A stretch of DNA of 64,000 nt from Azolla caroliniana (lineage: Eukaryota > Plantae > Polypodiophyta), in NCBI GenBank assembly GCA_043228905.1, contig JBHGNT010000022.1, forward strand, positions 4,836,001 to 4,900,000. Direction: 5' to 3'. Both the position numbers and the translations under genes were made by a program. Positions 34,476 to 46,845 of this stretch are shown here, in pieces; the first letter of the stretch is position 1, and each line of letters begins with the position of its first letter. A model generated the notes under the pieces. It worked only from the letters and a program-made list of their open reading frames with translations, ran no database searches and was not told the origin of the DNA.

Positions 34476-37400
34476 TGTCGAATACATGTGTATAATGGAC
34501 GTATTCACACTATCCCGTTTTGGCCATTTATGTAATTAGCATAAAGGGTAGTTGCCCTAAGTCGGTCACTATATATAGTGACCTTGTAACCTTTTTGTGA
34601 GGTTGGATGTTGTATTATTGCTTTGTGAAATAAAGAGTCTTTTGTGTCTCTCTCTCTCTCTCTCTCTCTCTCCTTGTGCAACGACCTACATTCTGTCATA
34701 CGCAGGTACTCAGCAAGAATCGAATGCTTCTTGATCTTCCGCAAAGACGACCTTCCTCGTCTCCAACATCTGGTATCAGAGCAGAGGTTCGGCCGTCATC
34801 ACCGCCTGCACAGCATTCGGTTCTTCAATTCATCACGGCCTGCACAGTATTCGCGTCATTCGAAGAAAGAGAGAAGAAGAACGAAAACGAGGTTTGCACC
34901 TCATCGCGTTAGATCCCCTTGCTTGGAGTAAGCCAGCAGGTTGTACTCTGTCCCTTGTGATCGTAACCGCTCGAGGTGAAATCCCCTTGTGCAACTTTGA
35001 CAACAACCCAAATTCGTTCTTCATCTGGCTGATCGACATTCGGGAGGATCAGTCGGATCCGTCTCTCTCGTCGCTGCAGTCACCCGAAGCCGAATCGGTC
35101 CAGATAATCGGTTTCAATAATCGGTATTCGGCATATATATCCGAAACGAACCGGGCTCACTCCGACTCGGCAACATTCGGGAAGACCAGTCGGTTCTGTC
35201 CCTCAAGTTACCGGAGTCAATTCGAGCAAGTTCCGAAGCCGAACCGACTCGGGTTCAAATTCGACTAGAACGATATCGGGTGAGCCAACCGGCTGCACTC
35301 CAACAAGGTTCGTAGTCAACTCCGAACCGAGCTTCGTCAACCGAAACCAAATTTGATGGCGTCAACATCCGGCTCGTCAGAAATGAGTCTACGAAAGTTC
35401 GATGGATCGAACTTCAACTTCTGGAAGGAACAAATGCAGGACTATCTCATAGTCAAGGGGCAAATCGACCCCATCGAAAATGAAGAACCTCCAGAAGGAT
35501 ACAAACCAATTGAGTGGCAGAAGCTGGACAGAATCGTCCGCGCCACGATTCGGATGCACCTATCGGAATCGGTATATTTTACGGTGCAATCGTGTACGAC
35601 AGCATTCGAACTGTGGAAAACACTGTCGGACACTTACGAAAAGAAGGTCGCCGCAACGAAGATGTTTCTAATTCGGCGCCTCTACAACTTGCGGATGAAA
35701 GAATCCGACTCGGTTCAAGCACACCTCAATGAGTACGAAAGCATAAGCTCCCAAATCTCGTCACAGGGGACGGCAATCGAGGATGAACTCAGAGCAATGA
35801 TACTCATGAGCAGCCTTCCCTCATCATGGGAAACTTTCGTCACAACCGTGTGCAACGCGTCAACCACGGCTGTTAAATACTCCGAAGTCACGAGCGCAAT
35901 CCTGACCGAAGCAGCTCGGAGAAAGTCTTTCGCCAAAGACTCAACAGATGACGCTTATGTAGTACAAGGTTCGACAGACCGATCGAACATACGAGGAAGA
36001 GATTCCTCACGGCCGCCGAACAATCAGCGAAGACGGAGCCAGTCACGGGATAACCGAATCTGCAACTATTGCAAGAAACCCGGACACATCAAAGCCGACT
36101 GCCGCGCACTCAAGAACAAGAACAACAAGAAGAGTGGCCGGCATGAGGAGATCAATTACGTCAGCTTCTCAGCTGATGTACTACCGGACGACCCGAATAT
36201 ACTATCAATAGAAAATCCAGTCGGATTAGAAGTTCTACTCACGACTGAAGAATCGAGCACATGGCTCTTGGATTCGGGCGCGTCATTTCACGTGACTCCT
36301 CATCGATCCCAATTTCGGCAATATACGATCCGTCACTCCGACTCAGTTCGAGTCGGCAACTCACAACACTGTGACATCGTCGGAATCGGCACAGTAGAGC
36401 TCAACCTTGCAGGGGGCTCTACACTTGTACTCCACAATGTCCGACATGTACCCGAGCTCACAAGGCCATTGATCTCAGTCAGACAACTAGATGAAGACGG
36501 CATTCGTGCCGGTTTTTCTTCGGGAGGGTGGACACTCCACAGGGGGAACCTCCTGCTTGCTAGAGGACCCAAGATACACTCACTGTATCCGTTACATGTT
36601 ACGCTCAGAGAGGGTAACCTGTTTTTGGTGGATATTCCTGTGTCATCATTATGGCACCGAAGATTAGGACACCTCAGCAAGGCCGGCATCACGCACCTAT
36701 CTAGCGCCGGATACATCCCCAAACTCTCCTTCTCGGACTATCAATTCTGCGAGCATTGCCAGTATGGCAAACAAGTAGCCGCATCACACCCGACATCAGC
36801 ACCAAGAGAAACGAGACCTCTCGATTTAGTCCATTCGGACGTCTGTGGCCCAATGCCGCATCAGTCTCTAGGCGGTGCCTCTTACTTCGTCAGTTTTATT
36901 GACGATTCGACTCGAAAGGTGTGGGCTTATCCAATTCGCACCAAAGATCGTGTCTTCTCGATCTTCACCGATTGGCTCGCTATGGTAGAAAATCAAACCG
37001 ACCGAAAGCTGAAATGCCTTCGGACAGACAATGGGGGAGAGTTCAAATCTGATGAATTCGTCAAATTCTGCCGACAACGCGGCATCCGACGTGAATTTAC
37101 AGCACCACACAGTCCGGAGCAAAACGGGATTGCCGAACGAATGAATCGGACAATCCAAGAAAGGATAGTTTCCATGCTCCAACACTCCGGACTGTCGGAT
37201 GGCTTCTGGGCAGAGGCTCTACTCACGGCAGTACACATAATCAATATGTCGCCAAGTAGACCTCTAGGACTTCAAATTCCTCAGGAACTATGGATCGGCA
37301 GTAAGCCGAATTACGACAAGCTGAGGATCTTCGGATGCGAGGCGTACGCCCTTATTCCGAAAGATGATCGCCGAAAACTTGCACCTCGGTCCAGGAAATG

Positions 37401-39853
37401 CATTTTCCTCGGATATGGATCCGACGGCGAAATGGGATACCGACTCTGGGATCCCGAACGCAGACAAATCGTCCGAAGTTCGGACGTTGTGTTCAACGAG
37501 TCGGCTATGACTCCATCAATCGAAAAACCGATCGAAGTCCGAAGGGTAACATTTTCCGATGTGCCGACCCTTCAAGAAGGCCCCGCTCTCAACACACGGT
37601 CAGCTTCACGGGTAGCTGAACCTTACACTACCGACTCGGACAACTCTGACTCGGCACAGCCGAATGATTCGGTTTCGGACCATCCGACCTCGATACCCGA
37701 TGCGACCAGTCCAATCATACCTCGACGATCCGAGAGACTGTCGCAACCTCCGGAGAGGTATTCTCCTGGAATTTTCTTCACCGACGCCGGCGAACCGACG
37801 TCTTACGAAGAAGCATCGACATCTGTCGATTCCGCCACCTGGCATCTGGCGATGGAGTCGGAAATGCACTCCATCCGGGCAAACAAGACTTGGGATCTGG
37901 TCGAATTACCTAGGAACCGACGTGCTCTTCCTTGCAAGTGGGTTTATCGACTAAAAGAGACGTCTGATTCGACCACCCCAAAGTACAAGGCCAGATTAGT
38001 TGCGAAGGGCTTCCGACAAGAATATGGCGTCGACTTCGACGAGATTTTTTCACCAGTGGTGAAAATGACAACCCTTCGTTTCCTACTCGGCGTAGTGGCA
38101 GCCGACAACTTGGAGCTGATTCAGCTAGATGTCAAAACAGCCTTCCTCCATGGTGATCTTGAAGAGGAAATCTATATGGAGCAGCCAAAAGGCTTCGTGG
38201 CAACTGGCCAAGAACATCTAGTCTGCCGACTCAGGAAGAGTCTATACGGCCTCAAACAGGCACTGCGACAATGGTACAAGAAGTTCGACGACTTCATCCA
38301 ATCGATCGGCTTCTCCAAAAGCGATGAGGACCATTGTCTCTTCACCAACACAGCTCAAGATGGATCACCCATCTTCCTCATCATTTACGTGGACGACATG
38401 CTAATTTCTGGACGCCACGCGGGCGAACTTGCCGATCTCGTTCGGCAACTGCGGTTGAAGTTTGCCATGAAGGACCTCGGTCCGGCACGACACATCCTTG
38501 GCATGAAAATTAGTCGGCATCGCGATAAACGACATCTCTTTTTGTCTCAGACCGACTATATCGGACGTGTCTTGGAACGCTTCAACATGCAATCAGCCAA
38601 ATCTACTTCAACCCCGCTCCCAATGAATCTTCGGCTCTCTCAGCGAGACTGCCCGACATCCGGCCCGGAGGGGGAAGATATGAAGTCGGTACCGTATGCA
38701 CCGGCAGTCGGCTCCCTTATGTACCTGATGGTCGCGACACGGCCTGATATTTCTCACGTCGTAGGAGTCGTTAGCAGATTTATGCACAATCCTGGCCGAT
38801 CGCATTGGAACGCAGTCAAGCATGTGTTCAGATATCTGGCTGGCACAAAAGACCATGGCATTCTTTTCGGTCCGAACCGAACCTCAGGCGTAGTCGGCTA
38901 CACCGACTCGGACTTCGCCGGCTGTATAGACAGTCGGAAATCAACAACCGGATACTGTTTCAAATTCGGCAATGGAGCAATCTCGTGGAAGTCGAAACTT
39001 CAGGAGTGCACAGCGACCTCAACGACCGAAGCAGAATATGTAGCTGCGTCCGACGCAGCAAAAGAAGCTTTGTGGCTCGGTCGGCTGGCGCACACGTTTC
39101 GACAAGTCGACCATGACTCAGCTCCAGTTGTCTACAGCGACAGTCAAGGTGCTGTTGCCTTGTCGAAAAATCCGGTTCACCACAACGCCTCCAAACATAT
39201 CGACGTTCAATACCACTTCGTTCGGGACTGCGTCATTTCAGGGAAAGTCGGTCTAGAGAAAATATCCACAACCGACAATGTCGCAGATGGAATGACCAAG
39301 TGTCTTTCGGCAGACCGTTTTCGGTCTCTTCGGCATCAGATGGGCGTAACGACAAACCAGTCCGGTTAGAGCCGGACACAGAGCAGGATGGTTCCCGACA
39401 ACCGACATCAGTTCCTTAATGATCGGCTTCAACTGTTCCGAACCGACCAGTTCGGTCTTCTGCCTTCGGACCCTGCCGACTCGAACAAAGCTGATATGTC
39501 CGAGAACCTAAGTCTATACCTGTAATCTTAGATAACCCATGTATACGCCCATTACGGGGGAGTGTCGAATACATGTGTATAATGGACGTATTCACACTAT
39601 CCCGTTTTGGCCATTTATGTAATTAGCATAAAGGGTAGTTGCCCTAAGTCGGTCACTATATATAGTGACCTTGTAACCTTTTTGTGAGGTTGGATGTTGT
39701 ATTATTGCTTTGTGAAATAAAGAGTCTTTTGTGTGTGTGTCTCTCTCTCTCTCTCTCCTTGTGCAACGACCTACATTCTGTCATACGCAGGTACTCAGCA
39801 AGAATCGAATGCTTCTTGATCTTCCGCAAAGACGACCTTCCTCGTCTCCAACA
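34476..39853 (+). mobile_element. Intact, recent Ty1/copia D2; LTRs 34476-34768 and 39563-39853
   Basis: Exact TSD CCGGC. LTRs identical except for the (GT)n(CT)n tract. PBS TGGTATCAGAGC at 34771. PPT ACGGGGGAG at 39554. Single uninterrupted ORF. Confidence 0.97.
35356..39369 (+). CDS. Copia Gag-Pol polyprotein (gag, CCHC, protease, integrase, RT, RNase H), 1337 aa
   Basis: CNYCKKPGHIKADC, WLLDSGASFH, LWHRRLGH..CEHC, VHSDVCGP, LRTDNGGEF, QNGIAERMNRT, YVDDML, YTDSDFAG, KHIDVQYHFVRD. Confidence 0.97.
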   Translation: MASTSGSSEMSLRKFDGSNFNFWKEQMQDYLIVKGQIDPIENEEPPEGYKPIEWQKLDRIVRATIRMHLSESVYFTVQSCTTAFELWKTLSDTYEKKVAATKMFLIRRLYNLRMKESDSVQAHLNEYESISSQISSQGTAIEDELRAMILMSSLPSSWETFVTTVCNASTTAVKYSEVTSAILTEAARRKSFAKDSTDDAYVVQGSTDRSNIRGRDSSRPPNNQRRRSQSRDNRICNYCKKPGHIKADCRALKNKNNKKSGRHEEINYVSFSADVLPDDPNILSIENPVGLEVLLTTEESSTWLLDSGASFHVTPHRSQFRQYTIRHSDSVRVGNSQHCDIVGIGTVELNLAGGSTLVLHNVRHVPELTRPLISVRQLDEDGIRAGFSSGGWTLHRGNLLLARGPKIHSLYPLHVTLREGNLFLVDIPVSSLWHRRLGHLSKAGITHLSSAGYIPKLSFSDYQFCEHCQYGKQVAASHPTSAPRETRPLDLVHSDVCGPMPHQSLGGASYFVSFIDDSTRKVWAYPIRTKDRVFSIFTDWLAMVENQTDRKLKCLRTDNGGEFKSDEFVKFCRQRGIRREFTAPHSPEQNGIAERMNRTIQERIVSMLQHSGLSDGFWAEALLTAVHIINMSPSRPLGLQIPQELWIGSKPNYDKLRIFGCEAYALIPKDDRRKLAPRSRKCIFLGYGSDGEMGYRLWDPERRQIVRSSDVVFNESAMTPSIEKPIEVRRVTFSDVPTLQEGPALNTRSASRVAEPYTTDSDNSDSAQPNDSVSDHPTSIPDATSPIIPRRSERLSQPPERYSPGIFFTDAGEPTSYEEASTSVDSATWHLAMESEMHSIRANKTWDLVELPRNRRALPCKWVYRLKETSDSTTPKYKARLVAKGFRQEYGVDFDEIFSPVVKMTTLRFLLGVVAADNLELIQLDVKTAFLHGDLEEEIYMEQPKGFVATGQEHLVCRLRKSLYGLKQALRQWYKKFDDFIQSIGFSKSDEDHCLFTNTAQDGSPIFLIIYVDDMLISGRHAGELADLVRQLRLKFAMKDLGPARHILGMKISRHRDKRHLFLSQTDYIGRVLERFNMQSAKSTSTPLPMNLRLSQRDCPTSGPEGEDMKSVPYAPAVGSLMYLMVATRPDISHVVGVVSRFMHNPGRSHWNAVKHVFRYLAGTKDHGILFGPNRTSGVVGYTDSDFAGCIDSRKSTTGYCFKFGNGAISWKSKLQECTATSTTEAEYVAASDAAKEALWLGRLAHTFRQVDHDSAPVVYSDSQGAVALSKNPVHHNASKHIDVQYHFVRDCVISGKVGLEKISTTDNVADGMTKCLSADRFRSLRHQMGVTTNQSG

Positions 39854-41624
39854 CCGGCAATGTCGGATGCCACATTCACTTCTTCCGAGCATAACCGGGC
39901 ATTCATCAGGTACAATGTGTTTACCTTCCGGGCCCGAGCCACAATCAGGCTCCCTTTGCTGAACTTCATGACACCGATCCGGATGCTACCCGTGTAGCCC
40001 TCATCATCTAGCCGACCGACTGATATCAGGTTCAGTCGAACCTCCGGAACATGTCGGACATCCCTCGGCAGCAACTTGCATCCGGTTGGTGTCGACAGCC
40101 ACACGTCTCCTATGCCGACAATTCGACATGTACCTTCATTCCCCATCCGGACACAGCCGTGATCACCGGCTGAGTAGGATGAGAAGCATTTCCGGTCTGG
40201 GGTAAGGTGGAACGACGCTCTGGAGTCTACCACCCAGGTCATCTCGTCACCGGCAAGGTTTATCTCACTCTCCTCGGTGATGAGCATCAACTCCTCTTCA
40301 CTTGCCGCGATTGTCATCGTTCCCTTCCGGTCCGGTCCCCTACGGTCTTTACCGTTCCGGTCCGGTGTCCGCTTCGAATCGGTGCCGTCGGTTTCCTTGT
40401 CTTTACCGAAGTGCCGACAGTTCTTTTGGAGGTGTCCCGGCTTGCCGCAATAGAAGCAAGTAGGCCTCCCCCTTGACTTTGACCGTGTCCCCGACTTCTC
40501 CCGGTTCTGGGGACTACGATTTCTTTGTCTTCCACGTTCCGATTCAGTAAGGAGCGCTTTGGAGTCGGAGCTCGTATCTTTATCTTTCCGACGCACCTCC
40601 TCATCTAGCAAGCTCGATTTTACTCTTGCTAGGCATAACCGCTTTCCTTCCGGCCCGGCGTTGCCCAAAGTGACAACCAACATCTCCCAGCTATCCGGGA
40701 GGGAACCGAGAAGGAGTAGCGCTAGTACCTCGTCGGCGAGAGGTACTTCCAATGATGTTGCCTGGTGGATCAGTCCCTGGAAGGCATTCATGTGCTCCGC
40801 CATGCTGGAGCCATCTTGGTACCGGAGTCTTACTAGCTTCCAAAATACCGAAACCTGATTAACAACATTTTTGTTTTGAAACATTATGTCGATCTTCTCC
40901 TAGAGCTCATGAGCCTTGGTCTCTTCATTGAAGTTGTTGTACAGGCTCATGTCGATGAAGCACCGTATGTACGCCGTTGTCTTCATGTGCATCACCTCCC
41001 ATATCACGGCATTGATTTTGTCCGGTCTCTTGTCCCCGAACTAAACCGACAGCCAGAGGTCTTTAACCACGAGCATGTCCCTCATCTTCGACTTCCACAC
41101 TGAGTAGTTGGAGCCGGTGAGCTTGAACATGCCGCCAAACGATTCGTCCATTTTCTGTGTCGTTTTGCTCTGATACCACTTGACGAGAACTCAACACTCT
41201 TTATACGCACCGCTCGGCCACAACCAAGCTTAGAATCATACACAGAAAACAGGAAATGAAAGCACGACACAAAGAGGAGAAGAGTACACAGGATGTATAC
41301 GTGGAAAACCCAAAGAGGCAAAAACCACGGCAGCCACAACTGCAAACTATCACTATGCTAGAATGTACAATAGTGAGTTCACAGAGGCAACGACCTCGTG
41401 CTCACGATCCTCACCATAGGCGGCAGTTACAACAGAGGCAACGACCTCTTGCTCTCTCTCTCTCTCTCTGTACACTGTTACGCGTTCTAATCTCACGCAG
41501 ACAAGAAAATGATAACAACCATAACTAAAAGTTTGCCCTAAGTCATATTTATACTAATATGACTTTTTGGCTATTTACAAATATAGCCTCGATGGACTCT
41601 CAAAAACATATTTGCGAATATGTC

Positions 41625-41799
41625 TCTTCATCCGGTTCTCACCGGGTCTGCACCATCCGGCTCTCCGTAGCCGGGTACTCTTCATCCGGTTCTCACCGGG
41701 TCTGCACCATCCGGCTCTCCGTAGCCGGGTACTCCTCATCCGGTCCTCACCGGGTCTGCACCATCCGGCTCTTCGTAGCCGGGTACTCCTCATACGGTT
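41625..41799. repeat. Same 54-bp repeat x3 in the B2 5' LTR
   Basis: Three units of the same motif. Confidence 0.95.
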
Positions 41800-44700
41800 T
41801 CGGTCTCAGCCGAGTTTGTTCATCAGCACTGTTCTTCTCCCTTCCCATCCGGAGGGACCTGTCTCCCAACATAAGCCACCATTCAGATGCACCTATCGAT
41901 GTCTGTTTACCTCATGGTGCAATCGTGTTCGATTGCCTTCCAACTATGGAAGACACTCTCGTACACCTACGAAAAGAAGGTAGCTACTATGAAGATATAT
42001 CTGATTCGGCTCAAGGCACACCTCAACGAGTACGAAAGCATAAGTTCCCAAATTGCGGCTCAAGGGACAACTATGGAGGATGAACTAAGAGCAATGTTGC
42101 TTATGAGTAGTCTCCCCCTTGTCATGAAATAGCATGATATGGCTTCAAAAGGATTTAAACCCATGACCTTGTGTCACATGGGTTGAAGCCCTACCATTAA
42201 GGTATACATTGTAATATGAAGAAGATTGTTTTCATTTATTATTTCACGTAGGAAATCCATGTATATTCTAGATTTCTCTAGAACATTCTAGTCAAGAATA
42301 CACCTAAGCACACTATAAAAAGAGGCACATGGCATTATTGAGAACCAATTCGGTTCAACGCCAGTCTTAAGCCTCCTAGCTACTCTTGTATCTTATCGTC
42401 ATATAATATACCACTTGTTATCATTGTTTTCTCTCTCTTCTCTCTCTCTCTCTCTCTCTCCTTCTCTTGTGAGTCTCCACACACTTTTCCCCTTCTTAGT
42501 AGTAATCTTCATTCTTCCTCTCTATCTTTAGTACTAATTCTCCCTGTCTCTAGTACTATCCCTTATCCCTCTCTTTTATACTAATCCTCTTATCCTTCCT
42601 ACTAAATGGCAATTGTTAGCACTCAAGAATACTAATCCGTTTTCTCAGAGTTCTAGTGCTTAAAAGAGAATTTTGTAGCACTAGAACAAGAAAATCAACG
42701 TCTGTTGGGAGATCTTCAACAAATAGCTCTAGAAAAATAACAACATGGGGATCATGCGTTACATGTGCAACAACTTGAAGCAACTATTGTGTCACTACAA
42801 CAACATGAATCAAGCACTCAAGTGACTCCCAAAGAACCCAACATCAGTCTTCCTATGAAGTTTGATGGAACGCGATCATAGTTTAGAGTATTCCTTAATC
42901 AAGTACATTTGGTGATATAAATGCATCCTTCTCGATATCCCACCGATGTATCACGAGTGGGACTAGTAGGCACACTACAGAGTGGCACAACTCTGGCATG
43001 GTTCGCCCCTTTGTTAGGAAAAGGCTCTCTGTTGTTAAATCATTTTGAAGAGTTTATTAGAGAGTTTAAAGCATGTTTTGGAGATACTGATGGCATTAGG
43101 ACGGCAATCAACAAAATCCGAAGACTACGTCAATGTCATCGATTGGCCTCAGCTTATGCCGCGGATTTCCGTCTTCTCGCCACTGATATTCCTTGGGATG
43201 ACCAAGCATTGATGTAGCAATTTCGTTATGGCCTATGTAATGATGTCAAGGATTTACTCTTGACCTTCCCTAAAGAACCAAAGTCTCTCACGGAAGCAAT
43301 CAGTCGGAAGAGGAAATCAAATAGCCGCTAGTACTAATTGTACTAAACCCGAGTCTATTTTAGTAGGACTGTCTGATAGTCCTAATAGTACTAATAGACC
43401 AAGTCTATCGAACAACTTTGAAGTCCTTAGTCAGTTAGAAGAAGAGTTAAATGACTAAGTCCAGCCAAAATGGGAGCCTTTTGGCTGGATAGCCCTAGAT
43501 CTGTGCAACCCATTAGTGGTTACATTCCCTCTAAGCAAGTTAGATTCCGGAGCCAATTCTTACCTCAAGTAACAGTTAGTACTAAAAGTAACCCTCCAGT
43601 ACATGCCTTAGCACTCTTAGATTCCGGAGCCAATTCTTGCTTCATGGATAGGAATTTTTCCCAAGCTCATCAAATATCCCTAAGAAAATTTCCTCGCCCA
43701 GCATCTGTAATAGTCATTGATGGTCACCCCATTGCTTTCGTACATATCGTAGAAGACTCAGAGCCGATTCAGGTTGTCCTAAATAATTTGGTGTGTGTAG
43801 TATCATTTAATATAATTAGTAGTCCAGAGCATCGAATTGTCTTGGGGTTACCATGGTTCAAATTACATAACACAAACATAGATAGGAGAACAAGAGAAAT
43901 ACGATATCAACAAACCTGAGGATCTACTCATCGAATTTCAACCATTTCGTTACATCAAATACGTGAGGAAGGACGCAAGGAATCAATGTTTGTATTCGCA
44001 ATATTAGTAAAACTTTCCAACACCACTAAAGAGGAATCCATAGTTCAACTTCCAGAGAAGTATCGTCATTATGCCGACATGTTTGATAAGGTACAAGCCA
44101 GTACTCTTCCACATGATCATCGACCATATGATTGTCCCATTGATTTACAACCAGGAAAAGAGACACCATGGGGACCAATCTACAACTTGTCACCAACCGA
44201 GCTAGAAGTCCTTCGAGCTTGCATAAAGGAGAATTTGGCAAATGGGTTCTTTTGACATTTGAAATCTCTAGCCGGCGCACGCATTTCCTTTTTCAAGAAA
44301 AAGGATGGATCACTTTGTCTCGTCATGAATTACTGTAGCTTGAATAAGGTCATCATCAGGAATAGGTATGCACTTTCCCTTATCTCGAGCCTTTTAGAAC
44401 GGATTAATGGTGCAAAGTTCTTCACAAAGATCAACTTACGAGGAGCATATAACCTCGTACGGATCCGATGGGGAGATGAATGGAAGACCACTTTTCGCAC
44501 CCGATATGGGCACTTCAAGTATACGGTTATGCCATTCGGTCTCACCAGTGCGCCAACAGTCTTCCAGCACATGGCAAATGATATATTCTGAGATCTTTGG
44601 GATATCTGTTTGATCATATATTTGGATGATCTACTAGTTTATTCGAAGACTCAAGAAGAGCATGATTCTCATGTACTATTAGTACTAAACGACTTCGAGA

Positions 44701-46151
44701 ACATGGTCTTTATGCAAAACTAGAAAAATGTAGTTTTGAGTACAACTAGGTGGAATTTCTAGGCTATGTCATCTCCTCAGAAGACATCTTTATGGATCCA
44801 GCTAAGGTCAAAACTGTGGTTGAGTGGCAGACTCCACGTTCGTTGCGAGATGTGCAATGTTTTTTAAGCTTCGCAAATTTCTACCGCAAGTTTATATAGG
44901 ACTACTCAAAGCTTATTTTGCCTCACACACAACTTACCAAGAAGGGGAAGGCTTTGTTTGGTCTATGGAAGCGGACACGGCTTTTGTGAGTCTTAAGAAA
45001 GAATTTACATCACCTCCTATTCTAGCTCATGTTGATCCGAAAAAACCATTCATCATTGAGGCAGACGTGTTAGATTTCGCCCTTGGTAGCATTCTATTAC
45101 AACAAAGCAATGATGAAAAACTACATCGTGCAAGTTTGACTCCATCGAAATCAACTATGATATACATGACAAGGAGCTATTAGCAATAGTGGACCCTTTT
45201 GCACAATGGAGGCATTTTTTTGAGGGATCTTCTCATCAATTCACCGTATTTAGTGATCACAAAAATCTTGCCTACTTCCAAAATGCTCGTGTATTAAATC
45301 GACGACAAGCTCGGTGGGCCCAATTCCTCACTCGTTTCGACTTCAAAATTACATATCGTCCTGGGAAGCAGCAAGGGAAGGAATATACATTATTGTGGCG
45401 CTCGTATCTAGCACCTTGTCCCGATGATCCAACATTCGATAATCAAAAGCAAGTAATCCTAGGACTAGCACGACTACAGGAAACATGGGGTTTTGACACT
45501 CCATTGTATTCCCGCATTATCGATAGCATACGTGAAGACTTGAAGACAAACGTTTTCGCTCAAGCCATTCTAGCGCAAATTGATCCCTCTCGGGCATACT
45601 GTTCACAGTCGCAATAACCAGGTATGGACTATCGACAATTCGAATATAATGATGGATTACTATTCTTTAAGAAACTCTTGTATGTTCCCAATGGTTCTTG
45701 TCGCCTTCGAGTAGTCCAAAACTGTGATGACACATATACAAGTGAACATTTTGGTAGTACTAAAACATTGGATTTAGTACAAGGATCATTTTGGTGGCCT
45801 CATATGCGACGATTTATTGAAGACTATGTTCGGAAATGTGATATATCTTGCAGAGCAAAGATGCCAAGACATCATCCATATGGTTTATTGGAACCATTAC
45901 CAATTCCAAGCAAGTCGTGGAGTCCATTTCTCTAGATTTTATCACAGATCTTCCGGTTTCAAAGGGATTCGATGGGATCTTAACAGTAGTAGATCGATAT
46001 GCTAAGATGGCACGTTTCTTGCCTTGTACTAAGGAAATCACTAGTGAAGAAACCGTCGAAATTGTCATGCGGGAGGTATTTCGGCATCATGGCCTCCTAG
46101 ATAGTATCATTAGCGATTGTGGATCTCAATTCGTCTCGAAATTCTGGAAAC

Positions 46152-46508
46152 ATCTCTTCAAAATGCACAAGGTCACTTGTAACCTCTCCTCCGGCTATCA
46201 CCCTCAAACAGATGGACAAGAAAAATGAACAAATCAAACGCTGGAATAATATCTTCGGTGTTTTCTACGCTATCAACAAGATGATGGGGCGGATATTCTC
46301 CACTTTGCCAACTTTTCTTATAATAACTCTATCTCTTCAAAATGCACAAGGTCACTTGTAACCTCTCCTCCGGCTATCACCCTCAAATAGATGGACAAGA
46401 AAAATGAACAAATCAAACGCTGCAACAATATCTTCAGTGTTTTCTATGATATCAACAAGATAATTGGGCGGATATTCTCCACTTTGCCAACTTTTCTTAT
46501 AATAACTT
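46152..46508 (+). repeat. 179-bp tandem duplication in G3 integrase
   Basis: ATCTCTTCAAAATGCACAAGG... at 46152 and 46331. Confidence 0.93.
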
Positions 46509-46680
46509 TGTCCACTCATTGACTAGGTTTACACCATTTTATGCTTATACAGGCTATCATCCTCGGCAACTATGGATACATTCGGTTTTTCATAGTTCTC
46601 TCCTCGAAACCTATCAAGACAACACTATTCTGAATCGTAGTACACCACCTCCACCCCCGATCGAACTTGCAGTAGGACCG

Positions 46681-46845
46681 GAGTACGAAGTTGTGGTCAT
46701 CCTCGATTCCAAGATTGTTCGCAACAAGCTCTACTATTTGGTCGATTGGCTAGGCTATAGTCCTAGCGAGCGTAGTTGGGAACCAATTGAGAATGTAGCA
46801 AATTCTCAAGCTCTTATTGAGGACTTCCATCGACAATATCCCAAC
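46681..46845 (+). other. Integrase chromodomain (group I-like)
   Basis: EYEVVVILDSKIVRNKLYYLVDWLGYSPSERSWEPIENV keeps the Y..W..Y cage residues. Confidence 0.88.

Larger units (their letters stand above)
30917..41871 (-). mobile_element. Ty1/copia B2, full-length with few stops; LTRs 41181-41871 (5') and 30917-31710 (3'); interrupted by D2
   Basis: Exact TSD TAAGC. PBS TGGTATCAGAGC at 41167-41178. PPT at 31711. Gag CFYCGKPGHLQKNC, protease WVVDSRAS, integrase, RT YVDD, RNase H. Confidence 0.95.

Noticed and set aside
36333-38856. Short antisense and alternate-frame ORFs over copia pol
   Set aside because: Shadow ORFs of GC-rich coding sequence, not conserved in D1.
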